From positions 1 to 64,000 of the IMG/VR virus record IMGVR_UViG_3300036766_000184: 64,000 nt of DNA; one strand, written 5' to 3'. Of this stretch, positions 55,429 to 64,000 are shown one piece after another (within the stretch, counting starts at the first letter, position 1; each line of letters opens with the position of its first letter). The translations under genes were made by a program, and so were the position numbers. The notes beneath the pieces are model-generated. The model worked only from the letters and a program-made list of their open reading frames with translations, ran no database searches and was not told the DNA's origin. This stretch comes from a virus.

Positions 55429-56538
55429 GTGCCCATTCATGGCCTATCGGACAAGCGGCGGTTGGTTCGCCTCGGAAAAATCAAGATGGGGGTCATGGTG
55501 CAGCCCGCGCAGGGCAAGCCCTACCCCCGCGCAACCGACTTCTTCGTGGTCCCCGACTCCGTACAGAAGGTCTACGGCGAGAAACCGCGCGCGCTCGGGA
55601 TCATGCTGCCATCAGACAGCCCCGACGAGGTCTTTCCGCAGGAACTGAAAGCCTACAAGGCTTCGGGTCTTTTCTGCGCCGGGGACAACCGCGTCGCGAA
55701 GCGCTGGCATGAAGGCAGGCTGGTCGAGCGCCCCTGCCCGTGCGAGATGTTGGACTCGGGAGAGTGTCAGCCGACCGCGACCTTGAACGTGATGCTCTAC
55801 AGGGTCGCCGGACTCGGGGTCTGGCAGCTCACCGTGCGCCAGGAAGCGGCCATCATCGAGATCAACACGACCCTGGAGAAGTTCACGACCATGTTCGGCG
55901 GGCTCCGCGGCATCCCGTTCGTCCTCCGGTTGGAGCAGGTCCAGCGCCAGCGGTACGACGAGAAGACGAAGGCGATGGTCAAGGTCATGGTCTGGACACC
56001 AAAGATCGACACCGAGATGACCCTTGAGGAGATCTTCACGTCCCGCAAGGCCCTCGGCGCCGGCGTCGATCGTCTCATGCTACCCGCCATGGGCGAGATC
56101 GAGGAGGACGACCACCCAGTCACGACCTCCGAAGCCACTGAGAGCCCCCAGGGGGCCGTCGAAGACGCCACCCTGACCCAGATGGCACCCCCAGCCGAGA
56201 TCGTGGCCCCTGCCGCCACCACGCCTGCGACAGACCTCTTCCCGGCCCCTGCCGCCAGCCAGCACGACGACCCGGCCCCGCCGGCCGCTGCCCAGGGCAA
56301 GGTCGAGGGTGCCGGCCTGCTGATGGACGAGTGTTTCGAGCTGGCCCAGAAGCTCGACGTGGATGCCGCGACCTACCGGGCCTATCTTCAGGCGATCCAC
56401 GGGACGGTCGACCTGCCCCACGAGTCGGCCGCGACCGAGATCGAGCGGCTCCGGGACGCGATGAAGAACCCAGGTACGGCAGGCGCGGCCAAGGCGGCCA
56501 TGAAGGCCGGGGCGAGGAAGATCGGTGGCGGACGATGA
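55429..56538 (+). CDS. Gp3-like (recombination directionality factor-like) phage recombination protein
   Basis: RLVRLGKIKMG..YPRATDFF..YGEKP..C.GD..CPC..C...LNVML...GVWQL; AGGAGG ribosome-binding site. Confidence 0.65.
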   Translation: MPIHGLSDKRRLVRLGKIKMGVMVQPAQGKPYPRATDFFVVPDSVQKVYGEKPRALGIMLPSDSPDEVFPQELKAYKASGLFCAGDNRVAKRWHEGRLVERPCPCEMLDSGECQPTATLNVMLYRVAGLGVWQLTVRQEAAIIEINTTLEKFTTMFGGLRGIPFVLRLEQVQRQRYDEKTKAMVKVMVWTPKIDTEMTLEEIFTSRKALGAGVDRLMLPAMGEIEEDDHPVTTSEATESPQGAVEDATLTQMAPPAEIVAPAATTPATDLFPAPAASQHDDPAPPAAAQGKVEGAGLLMDECFELAQKLDVDAATYRAYLQAIHGTVDLPHESAATEIERLRDAMKNPGTAGAAKAAMKAGARKIGGGR

Positions 56539-56746
56539 GCGGTCGAGTTGCCCGCGGCGGGCAGTTGGTTCCACCGGGCCCCATGACCGACCTCGCCGCC
56601 GCCCTCATAGTCCTTCACGCTCGGGGCTTCGCCTCCTGCTACGGCCTCGTGCCGGACACGGAGACGCCGGAGGAACGGCACGAACGGTTGCGGCATGGGT
56701 TGCCCTCGCCTCACGGGGCGCGAGTGACGACGATGGAGGAGCGGCC

Positions 56747-57067
56747 ATGAGGAAGCTGCGGGTACTGAATCTCTATAGCGCGGCGTACGCGTCCGGCCAC
56801 GAGCCCGAAGTGTATTCGGATCGCGTCGTGCTTCGGCTCTACGGCAACCCCTCCTCGTCGGGCTATCGACAAGTCGTGCGCGTGCATCTCGAGTGGGGCG
56901 CGCTGCCGTGGCTCATGCGAAAGCTGTGGGCGGCGTGGTGGCGGCACAAGGCGGATGTCCTTCGGAATCTGTCATGGATCGAGCGGGAGCTGGCCGGGGC
57001 CGGCGTCGAGAAACCGAAAGAGTTGACGACGTCGGACCGGGAGCGCGGGGAGGCGGTGGGGGCGTGA
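56747..57067 (+). CDS. Hypothetical protein
   Basis: GGAGG ribosome-binding site. Confidence 0.55.
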   Translation: MRKLRVLNLYSAAYASGHEPEVYSDRVVLRLYGNPSSSGYRQVVRVHLEWGALPWLMRKLWAAWWRHKADVLRNLSWIERELAGAGVEKPKELTTSDRERGEAVGA

Positions 57068-57381
57068 GCGCGAAGGACTGGCGGATGGTCGCGCCGTGCG
57101 AGACGTGCCCGTTCTCAGATTCCGAGGGCGGCACGCGCATGCGCCGGTCGCTGCGACCCGGACGCGTGGCGAGCATCAAGCGCGGGCTCCTGCGCGGCGA
57201 CGCGTTCCATTGCCACAAGACGGTCGGACACGACGACGAGGATGAGGCCGTCATCGGGGCCGGCGCCCGACTGTGCGCCGGGGCGTTGGCGTGGCAGAAC
57301 GGACGCGGCGCGTCGTCCAACTATCAGCGCGTCTGCGAATCGCTCGACTACGTCGCGGAGCGGCGAAAGGCGCGCCCGTGA
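57064..57381 (+). CDS. Cys/His conserved phage protein (PCxxCPF...FxCHK...CAGA)
   Basis: Motif pattern. Confidence 0.6.
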   Translation: MSAKDWRMVAPCETCPFSDSEGGTRMRRSLRPGRVASIKRGLLRGDAFHCHKTVGHDDEDEAVIGAGARLCAGALAWQNGRGASSNYQRVCESLDYVAERRKARP

Positions 57382-57869
57382 ACGTGACGCCAGCCGAGTA
57401 CGCCCAATTGCAGGCGCGGGCTCAGTCACCCGTGCGTGAGGGTTGGCGAGACGGCGCGTTGAGCGTTTTTGTCCCCGGCATCCCCTACAACTTCAAGAGC
57501 GGCGGGCAGACGACCCGCGGCGGCTTGATGAAGCATCGTCGGCTCGTGAAGGAATGGCGGGAGCGGACGGCGGATCGCATCTTCGCCGTCATGTCGGAGA
57601 ACGACCTCGGCGAGAAACGCGCACCCTTCCTCGCCTGGAAACAGAGCGACCCGAAGCGCGTGACGTTCACGGTCTACTCGCGCAACGCCTTCGACAGCGA
57701 CGGACGCGAAGTCTGCTGTTCGCCGTCGCGCGATGCGTTGAAGGATATGCACCTCGTGACCGACGACCGCGACTCCGCGGGCAATGTTTTCATCTACGAA
57801 CAGATCACGAGCCGGAAGGCCACGTTCGTTCGCGGCATCGCGATCCGCATCGAACTGAGAAAGGACTGA
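57378..57869 (+). CDS. RusA-like Holliday junction resolvase (divergent)
   Basis: VFVPGIP...FDSDG...RDALKDMHLVTDD. Confidence 0.5.
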   Translation: MNVTPAEYAQLQARAQSPVREGWRDGALSVFVPGIPYNFKSGGQTTRGGLMKHRRLVKEWRERTADRIFAVMSENDLGEKRAPFLAWKQSDPKRVTFTVYSRNAFDSDGREVCCSPSRDALKDMHLVTDDRDSAGNVFIYEQITSRKATFVRGIAIRIELRKD

Positions 57870-57870
57870 C

Positions 57871-58167
57871 ATGAGACAGAGAGTCATGAGACAGAGAGCA
57901 GTGCTCGTCACGACGAGTCATCGCGGTGTGTTCTTCGGCTACGAGCAAACCTCGCTGAAGCGCGGCAACGTGACGCTCACGGATGCACGGAACTGCTTGT
58001 ATTGGTCGGCGGACGTGAAAGGATTCATGGGGCTAGCCGCGAGCGGCCCGAGCAAGTCCTGTCGGGTCGGCCCCGCCGTCAAGTCGATCACATTGACCGG
58101 CGTCACTTCCGTGGCTGCTGTAAACGCTGACGCCGAAAAGCGGTGGACTGATGCCGCCTGGAGCTAA
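57871..58167 (+). CDS. DUF6948-like small phage protein
   Basis: VLVTTSHRGVFFG...VTLTDARNCLYWS...GLAASGP. Confidence 0.7.
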   Translation: MRQRVMRQRAVLVTTSHRGVFFGYEQTSLKRGNVTLTDARNCLYWSADVKGFMGLAASGPSKSCRVGPAVKSITLTGVTSVAAVNADAEKRWTDAAWS

Positions 58168-58699
58168 GGCGGCAGTAGCGTTCGGCTCCGGCTCCGTCTC
58201 CGGCGACGGCTACGGCGACGGCTACGGCGACGGCTACGGCGACGGCTCCGGCTCCGGCTCCGGCGACGGCGACGGCTCCGCCTACGGCGACGGCTCCGGC
58301 TCCGGCTCCGGCTCCGGCGACGGCGCTTACTGGCGCGCCGCGATTGCGTCCTATGTCGGCCGCTGGACACCTGCCCAACGAGACCGTATGCGCGTACTCA
58401 AGCGGCAGGGCGCGACCATCGCCTACTGGCAGTCGGATGCGAACGGATTACCGGCGAACGGCGGGGCTTGGGCTTCGGTTGGCCCCGCTGAGGCAGGGCT
58501 TATTCAGCGCACCCTCGGCCCGCTGAGTCTCTGTGAGGCGGGCACGCTCCACGCCACGCTGATCCCGCCGAAGTGGGCAGGAACGCGCCGGTGGATTGTC
58601 GCGCTCACCGGCACGGTGGTCGGCGACGAAGACAAGTACGGCGCGCTGACTCGTGAAATCTTGGGCGAGGCGATCGGCCAGAACCAAGGAAAGGACTGA
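58151..58699 (+). CDS. Protein with GDGYG/GSGSG low-complexity repeat
   Basis: Repeat at 58183-58325; C-terminal LCEAGTLHAT. Confidence 0.65.
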   Translation: MPPGAKAAVAFGSGSVSGDGYGDGYGDGYGDGSGSGSGDGDGSAYGDGSGSGSGSGDGAYWRAAIASYVGRWTPAQRDRMRVLKRQGATIAYWQSDANGLPANGGAWASVGPAEAGLIQRTLGPLSLCEAGTLHATLIPPKWAGTRRWIVALTGTVVGDEDKYGALTREILGEAIGQNQGKD

Positions 58700-59450
58700 C
58701 ATGCCCGTCACCCTGAAGGATCTCCGCGCGTCGGCTCTCGACCGTGGACGCCAGTGCGCCGAGTTCGCGTATGAGTCAACGTGCGATCCGTCGCGCCCAT
58801 TTGCCGTCGTCACCGCGAGGAGCGGCGTCAAGTACGAACGCTGTACGTGCGGCATCGTGACCGAAGTCCGGCCCGAGGCGGCGGCGCAATGACCTTCCTT
58901 CACCTGCCCGCGGGCGTCATCCTCGGCTACCCGCCCGAGCTGCCGCTCTCGCTCGTCGTGCACGGCATCGGCGCGCTCATGACGGTGGTCCTCATCGTGG
59001 TGGCGTGGCGCGTGTGGCGGGGATGATGGGCCAGATCACCGAGGACATCCTTGACGGCTCTCAGTGCAGCGGATGCGGCGTCTGTTTCGAGACGGAGCAC
59101 GGCTATCCGGTGCTCTGCGGTGATTGCTGGTATCGCGCCGAGCACGAGGCACGGCACGGAATGCAGCGCGCGACGAAGCGGGAACTGTGATGCCCCGCCG
59201 CATCACGAACCGCCGCCTCCTCGCGGCATTCCTCGCCGGCCGCTCTGTCCTCGGGCTGGCGCGGACGTACGGGAGGACGGTCGCGCAGATCGAGGCGCGG
59301 CTGCGGCGCGCGGCGAAACCGTGGTGGGCGCGAGTTCCCCGCGCGGAAGCCGGGAGCGATGAACGGATGACCCGCGCGCAAATCTTCCCGTCGCCGAGTT
59401 GTTCGCATGACCCTCACCCTCGCGCCTGAGTGCACAGGAAAGGATCGACG

Positions 59451-59891
59451 ATGAGCCGCTACGCCGAAGGCACCGCCGTCCCCGTCGAACGCAGCGAGGC
59501 CGAGATCAAGCGCGTCCTGCAACGCTACGGCGCGGAAAAGATCGGCATCATGTCGGAGCCGACGAAGGCCACGATCTATTTCGGCGTGAAGGGGCGCGAC
59601 GTACAAATGGCGCTCCCGCTCGTCCGCAAGGGCGACGCCAGCAAGAAGGGGCAGGCGTGGACGGAGAACGCCGCGCAGGCGGAAGGCCGGCGCCGCTGGC
59701 GTGTCCTCGTGCTCACGCTCAAGGCGATGCTCGAAGCCGTCGAGTCGCAGATCACGACCTTCGACGCCGTGTTTCTCGCGCACATCGCGCTCCCTGGCAC
59801 GGGCCGCACGATCGGCGAGGAACTCGTGCCGAAGCTGCCGGAACTCTACAAGGGCGCATCGCTCCGCGCGCTGCTCGCGGAAAACCCATGA
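59451..59891 (+). CDS. Conserved hypothetical phage protein
   Basis: YAEGTAVPVERSEAEI..RYGA...WRVLVLTLKAMLEAVESQITTF..VFLAH. Confidence 0.7.
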   Translation: MSRYAEGTAVPVERSEAEIKRVLQRYGAEKIGIMSEPTKATIYFGVKGRDVQMALPLVRKGDASKKGQAWTENAAQAEGRRRWRVLVLTLKAMLEAVESQITTFDAVFLAHIALPGTGRTIGEELVPKLPELYKGASLRALLAENP

Positions 59892-59937
59892 CCCCCGCCC
59901 TCGCGCCCGATCGCGCGCGGTCAAGAAAGGACTAGCG

Positions 59938-60132
59938 ATGTCGAAGGTCCGCACGAACAGTTTGCGTCGCGATGCATTCTCCGTCTTCGCGCGGGCGATG
60001 GCGCGCTATCTCGACACGCAGGGGTGGACGGTGTTGGTCGCGGGCGGCGTCGGCATTGAGGCCCGGCCTCCGCTGAAATACAACTACCGCCTCGTGATGG
60101 ACTTCACCGGAAAGAAACGAGTGACGCCATGA
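59938..60132 (+). CDS. Hypothetical protein
   Basis: AAGGA ribosome-binding site. Confidence 0.5.
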   Translation: MSKVRTNSLRRDAFSVFARAMARYLDTQGWTVLVAGGVGIEARPPLKYNYRLVMDFTGKKRVTP

Positions 60133-60352
60133 CGGAGCCGAGCGCGATGGCGATGGAGCGGGCGCGGAATCTTGTGACCAGCATTGTGCGTAGCTCGGAA
60201 GGCGGATGCGGATGCAGCCTCGATCCGTGCGGCTTCCACGCGCCGTTCGTCACGCGGCTCCTCAGTTTCGCCGAGTCCTACGCGGCCGAGCGGGTGGAGG
60301 GGCTGCGGGGCGCTCTCGTACCCGCGTCCCCGCCGGCGCCAGGGCTGGAGTG

Positions 60353-60724
60353 ATGGGGCGCGCTAGTGAGTGCCGCATCTACGCGATCCGGGATGGCTCC
60401 GGCGCGCCGATTCTCGTATGGGCGGACGTGCGCGTCACAGCCATGACGACGAAAATCATCTCGTCGTCGGATCGGGAGGCGTGGGGCTTCAAGACGTTCC
60501 TCAGCCACTATGTGCGATATGCGCGCTCGCCGTCCGAGGCGTGGGCGGGTTACGCAGACCAACTACGAGACACCATCCGTGAGCATACCGCGCAGATCGC
60601 GCGGTGTCGCGCACTGATCCCCCTCGCTGAGGCATCCGCGAAGGCATCCGTGCTAGACGCGCCGACGGCGGATACCTTGGAGATCGCCCCGCCCATGACG
60701 CCCGCTGAGCCGAGGGAGGAATGA
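60353..60724 (+). CDS. Hypothetical protein ending in the 35-bp repeat
   Basis: Coupled ORF; ends PPMTPAEPREE. Confidence 0.5.
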   Translation: MGRASECRIYAIRDGSGAPILVWADVRVTAMTTKIISSSDREAWGFKTFLSHYVRYARSPSEAWAGYADQLRDTIREHTAQIARCRALIPLAEASAKASVLDAPTADTLEIAPPMTPAEPREE

Positions 60725-60726
60725 TG
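60692..60726 (+). repeat. 35-bp direct repeat, copy 2
   Basis: Identical to 4128-4162. Confidence 0.9.
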
Positions 60727-60728
60727 CG

Positions 60729-61163
60729 ATGAGCCACGAAGACGCCACGCTGGAAGAGGTGTCAGACGCCTACCTCGCGCAGATCGCGCACACGGATTTC
60801 GTGCGCGCGGAATATCAGCGACGACTCGCCACCCTCCGCGCTCGCGTGGCGACGCTGGAGGGGGAACGGATGCGGGCGTTGGCTGAGCCGACGTGCGGGT
60901 GCCGAGTGACTCTCGCAGCTGGAGACTACGATGCACCAATGGTCGGGCACGGCGTGCGCGGAGAGATGATCTACGGTCGCATCGCCCAGTGCCCCCTGTG
61001 CGCGAGTGCGGGGGCACTGCGGGCGGCGCTGACCGATGTTATTGAGAGCGCCGTGGAGTTCGACGACGATCGGGTCGGCTACGTCGTCATGCAGATCGAC
61101 CGTGGTGATTTAGCGCGCGCGCAACGTGCTCTCGCCCCGACGCCGGAGACGCCCGCGCGATGA
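60729..61163 (+). CDS. Hypothetical protein
   Basis: GGAGG ribosome-binding site supplied by the repeat. Confidence 0.55.
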   Translation: MSHEDATLEEVSDAYLAQIAHTDFVRAEYQRRLATLRARVATLEGERMRALAEPTCGCRVTLAAGDYDAPMVGHGVRGEMIYGRIAQCPLCASAGALRAALTDVIESAVEFDDDRVGYVVMQIDRGDLARAQRALAPTPETPAR

Positions 61164-61216
61164 GGGGCTGGATAGCGTCCCCACATGGCGAGTAAGCGAC
61201 GACTGAGGCGGAAGGA

Positions 61217-62620
61217 ATGCTCCAAGAAGGAGAATATGTCGTGATCCTCGAAAAAGTTTTGGACTACTACGAGTCTGACGATGTGGACATGAAGAAGCGC
61301 CGCAAGCCGGGCAGCGGCAATCCGACCGGCTCGGCCTTCGGTAAGTGCGCCGCCCAGATGGTCCTCCACCGCTACAAGGAGATCGGCAAGCCCGAGGAGT
61401 ACCGAGCGCGCACGGTCATGACCTTCGAGGAAGGCGACCGCATTGAGGAGTGGCTCAAGGCTCGGATCGCGTCGGTCTACCCAGGGCTCGTCGGCGCCGC
61501 GCAGGGGCTCACCTACCTCGATGTCGATCTGGACGACGACGAGATCGAGGCGCTTCGTCCGCACGTCGGCGGCGCGTGGGAAGATCCGCATCGCATCTGG
61601 GGCGAGGTCCGACACAACTTCCAAGGTGGACGGCCACGGGTGAGCGCCGATGGGAAACTCGTCGCGCGCCAGCTCAACCCCAAGGCCGGATTCATCCTCG
61701 ATCCGGTCCAGAAGAAGCTCTGGGCGCCGATCTTCATCGACTTCGCCGCCAAGACCGAAGACCGCGGCCACGTCATCGTGGAGATCAAGTCCGTCAGCGA
61801 CGGAACCTTCCGCCGGCTGCTGATGGGCGAGTTGGATGCCTCGAAGAAAGCGCAGGCGGCCGGGATCGTGGAGGCGACGGGGTTGCCGTTCGTGATGATC
61901 GCCTGCCGCAAGATGACTTCGCATCTACTCGAAATCTCCTACCTGCCGACACCGGGCGGGGACATCCAGGTGCGGCTCATGCGGACGAATCGGATGGTGG
62001 ACGAGTTCCGGGTCAAGCCCGGCACCGATCTAGTCTTCACGCCCGACGGGAGCAAGGCGACGCTACCGAACGACCAGGGCTGGGAGATCGGCGAGGTGTG
62101 GACGCCGCACGATCCGGCGCTGCTCTCCGAGATCCGCGCCCGCATCAAGCGCGTTCTGCTCTGGCGTCCAGGCGACCCACTACCGCGTGAAGCTGGCCCG
62201 GATTTCGTCTGTCAGAAGTGCCGTGGCCTCGGTGATCGCGTCTGTGGCCAGTGCCACGGCACCGGCGTCACCGCGAAGCTCAAGAAAACGTGCGGCCCTT
62301 GCGGCGGCGCGAAAAGGGTCACGTGCGAGGCGTGCGACGGGAAGCGGCTGCTCGATGAGGTCGCGTTGCCGCCTATGCCATGTTCGTATTGCGGTGTAAA
62401 AAACGCCTGTCTCGGCGAGCCACTGATGGCTACCGGCATCGAGGACGCCTTTCGTCTCGAAGTCTCCGAGGGCAAAGCTCCTAAGTGGATCGTCAAGCGC
62501 GCGGCGTGGGAGAAGGCCGGGCTCAGCTATGTGACACCGCCGAGCCAGAGGAAGGCGTCGCTGATAGTGGAAGGACCACCGTTGGCAGAACAGACGCCAC
62601 TCATGGAGGTATCCGCATGA
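61217..62620 (+). CDS. Cas4-like PD-(D/E)XK exonuclease with inserted DnaJ-type Zn finger
   Basis: SAFGKC, FEEG, FIDF..VEIKS, four CxxCxG motifs, terminal CSYCGVKNAC. Confidence 0.7.
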   Translation: MLQEGEYVVILEKVLDYYESDDVDMKKRRKPGSGNPTGSAFGKCAAQMVLHRYKEIGKPEEYRARTVMTFEEGDRIEEWLKARIASVYPGLVGAAQGLTYLDVDLDDDEIEALRPHVGGAWEDPHRIWGEVRHNFQGGRPRVSADGKLVARQLNPKAGFILDPVQKKLWAPIFIDFAAKTEDRGHVIVEIKSVSDGTFRRLLMGELDASKKAQAAGIVEATGLPFVMIACRKMTSHLLEISYLPTPGGDIQVRLMRTNRMVDEFRVKPGTDLVFTPDGSKATLPNDQGWEIGEVWTPHDPALLSEIRARIKRVLLWRPGDPLPREAGPDFVCQKCRGLGDRVCGQCHGTGVTAKLKKTCGPCGGAKRVTCEACDGKRLLDEVALPPMPCSYCGVKNACLGEPLMATGIEDAFRLEVSEGKAPKWIVKRAAWEKAGLSYVTPPSQRKASLIVEGPPLAEQTPLMEVSA

Positions 62621-63342
62621 CCACCATCGCCAAGATCATCCCACCGAACGTGACCCTGCTCGCGTTCTCACCCGCCGAGATGGCGACCGCGCAGGCGGAC
62701 CTCATCCTCTGGGGCCGGCAGAAAGTCGCCACCGAGCAGGCCCGTGTCGACGAGTTGGAGGCCGAACTCGCCCGCGCCCGCTCGAATGCGTGGGGCTGGA
62801 AAAGCTGGGACGTTGAGGTCAAGCGCCAGAAGAAGCTCGTCGTCTACTACGGCAAGCTCCTGCGCGCCTTCCAGGCGGGCTACCTCGTGATCCCGGACTT
62901 CCCGATCCGCGCCTTCGCCATCAGGACGAACGCGCCGTCGCCCGACGAGCAGGGCTCGAAATGGCACGGCGACACGCGCTATCAGAAAGCGCGCCCGCTG
63001 CCGATCGGGGAAGGGCGCTACGTCTCACCCGAGCCCGTAGTCTACGAGAGCGAGCGGCCTGGCGAGAAGCCGGGGGAGATGACGAAGTGGTACTACGCGG
63101 GCGATTTCCGCGAGATCACCTTCCCGGGCCGGATGGTCAAGCCGGAGATCGTGGCCCAGACCGAGCGCGCGATGGCGCTGGAACTGTTCGACGAGGTGGG
63201 GTTGGTCGGGCCGGCGCCCGAGAAGAGGCGCGACCCCATCGTGGTCGGCCGCATCCTCGATCCGCGCGGGCCGCGCTATGAGTCGCCGCGTCGCGGCGTC
63301 AGTTATTTCATTTCCTGGTGGCTCGATTTATCCACGCTGTAG
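62617..63342 (+). CDS. Hypothetical protein
   Basis: GGAGG ribosome-binding site; GC3 bias. Confidence 0.7.
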   Translation: MTTIAKIIPPNVTLLAFSPAEMATAQADLILWGRQKVATEQARVDELEAELARARSNAWGWKSWDVEVKRQKKLVVYYGKLLRAFQAGYLVIPDFPIRAFAIRTNAPSPDEQGSKWHGDTRYQKARPLPIGEGRYVSPEPVVYESERPGEKPGEMTKWYYAGDFREITFPGRMVKPEIVAQTERAMALELFDEVGLVGPAPEKRRDPIVVGRILDPRGPRYESPRRGVSYFISWWLDLSTL

Positions 63343-63502
63343 CCACGCGACCCGCTGCCCGCCGGGCAGGGACCGCGCGCTCGCGTCGCCCTGTAGTGGC
63401 CCGTCCACGAGCGCTCTACAAGCCCTAGCGGCCAAACGATTTGCGTTGACTGGCGCCGACGAAGTTGCGTAGCGTGACCGCGCGATGGAGCCCATGAAAA
63501 GC

Positions 63503-63647
63503 TTGACACCGCACGCGGCGATTTCGTAAAGTCGGCTCGTGAAACTTGGGGTGTCTCGTGCTATTTCCTCTCGCCGTCCACCTCGGCGCAACGCCGAGGG
63601 CCTCGTGATTCCCCAAGTTTCACAGTGGCACGGACGGCGAGTTTTTT
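63503..63647 (+). promoter_or_regulatory. Promoter plus structured attenuator-like leader
   Basis: TTGACA-18-TAAAGT; complementary pairs 63539-51/63611-23 and 63570-79/63632-41, followed by T6. Confidence 0.6.
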
Positions 63648-63649
63648 AG

Positions 63650-64000
63650 ATGCGCGACATAGCGCAGATACTAGGCAAGCTTGAGCGCATACTCAGCGCC
63701 CTTGAGCACGACGAGCAGCAAACCATCCTCCGTTGCCTCATGCTCCGTTACCCATCAACGAACGCCGTTCGTATGCGCAATGTACGTGCGCAACCTGCAC
63801 AGCGTGCAGAACAACGTGCAGAACTCAGTTCTGAACAGCGTGCAGAACAGGTAAGTGCGACGCGCAAGGTGTTGACTTTACCTGCTGTAGATTCTTTAGC
63901 TTCTAAAGCAGTAGAATCTAAAGGTTCTAAGGCAGTAGAGCCTGAAGGATTTGCTGAGTTCTGGAATGCGTATCCACTCAAAAAAGACATAAATCGCGCT
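63650..64000 (+). CDS. Phage replication initiator, 3'-truncated by the window (not in the ORF track)
   Basis: Open frame from ATG 63650 ending GFAEFWNAYPLKKDINRA (FxxFWxxYPxK motif). Confidence 0.7.
   Translation, partial: MRDIAQILGKLERILSALEHDEQQTILRCLMLRYPSTNAVRMRNVRAQPAQRAEQRAELSSEQRAEQVSATRKVLTLPAVDSLASKAVESKGSKAVEPEGFAEFWNAYPLKKDINRA
63803..63939. repeat. Iteron-like repeats and AT-rich tract (putative origin inside the initiator gene)
   Basis: CGTGCAGAAC x3 (63803, 63815, 63839); TTCTAA(A/G)GCAGTAGA x2 (63901, 63925). Confidence 0.6.

Noticed and set aside
61217-62620. Cas4-like gene as evidence for a CRISPR-Cas locus
   Set aside because: No other cas genes or array; stand-alone Cas4-like exonucleases are common in phages.
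63748-63990. Minus-strand 80-aa ORF
   Set aside because: Shadow of the plus-strand initiator ORF that runs off the window end.

Overview
This window is most of the genome of a GC-rich, podovirus-like tailed phage, with almost all genes on the + strand. In order it carries: small accessory genes (1-7600); a stand-alone tnpB; the large terminase; a block of fibre-like genes; a P22-type portal; a methylase/JAB/helicase block; scaffold and N4-gp56-like major capsid; tail and ejection genes including a 4873-aa polyvalent protein; a lysis region; a tRNA-like RNA; early recombination and regulatory genes; and the start of a replication initiator. I recognised no integrase, DNA polymerase, reverse transcriptase or CRISPR array. 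Most notable observations: (1) the predicted TnpB guide is a diverged copy of the 3' end of the gene just upstream, suggesting an RNA-guided homing element that recodes its own target; (2) a 7-copy E-x-x-[AT]-[PA]-[YF] motif sits at domain boundaries of the giant protein, suggesting polyprotein processing; (3) seven virion-module genes have Sec-type signal peptides; (4) a ~155-nt CCA-ending tRNA-like RNA; (5) a GTGA-NN-TCAC operator overlaps four promoters. All family calls come from motif recognition by eye, not database searches.
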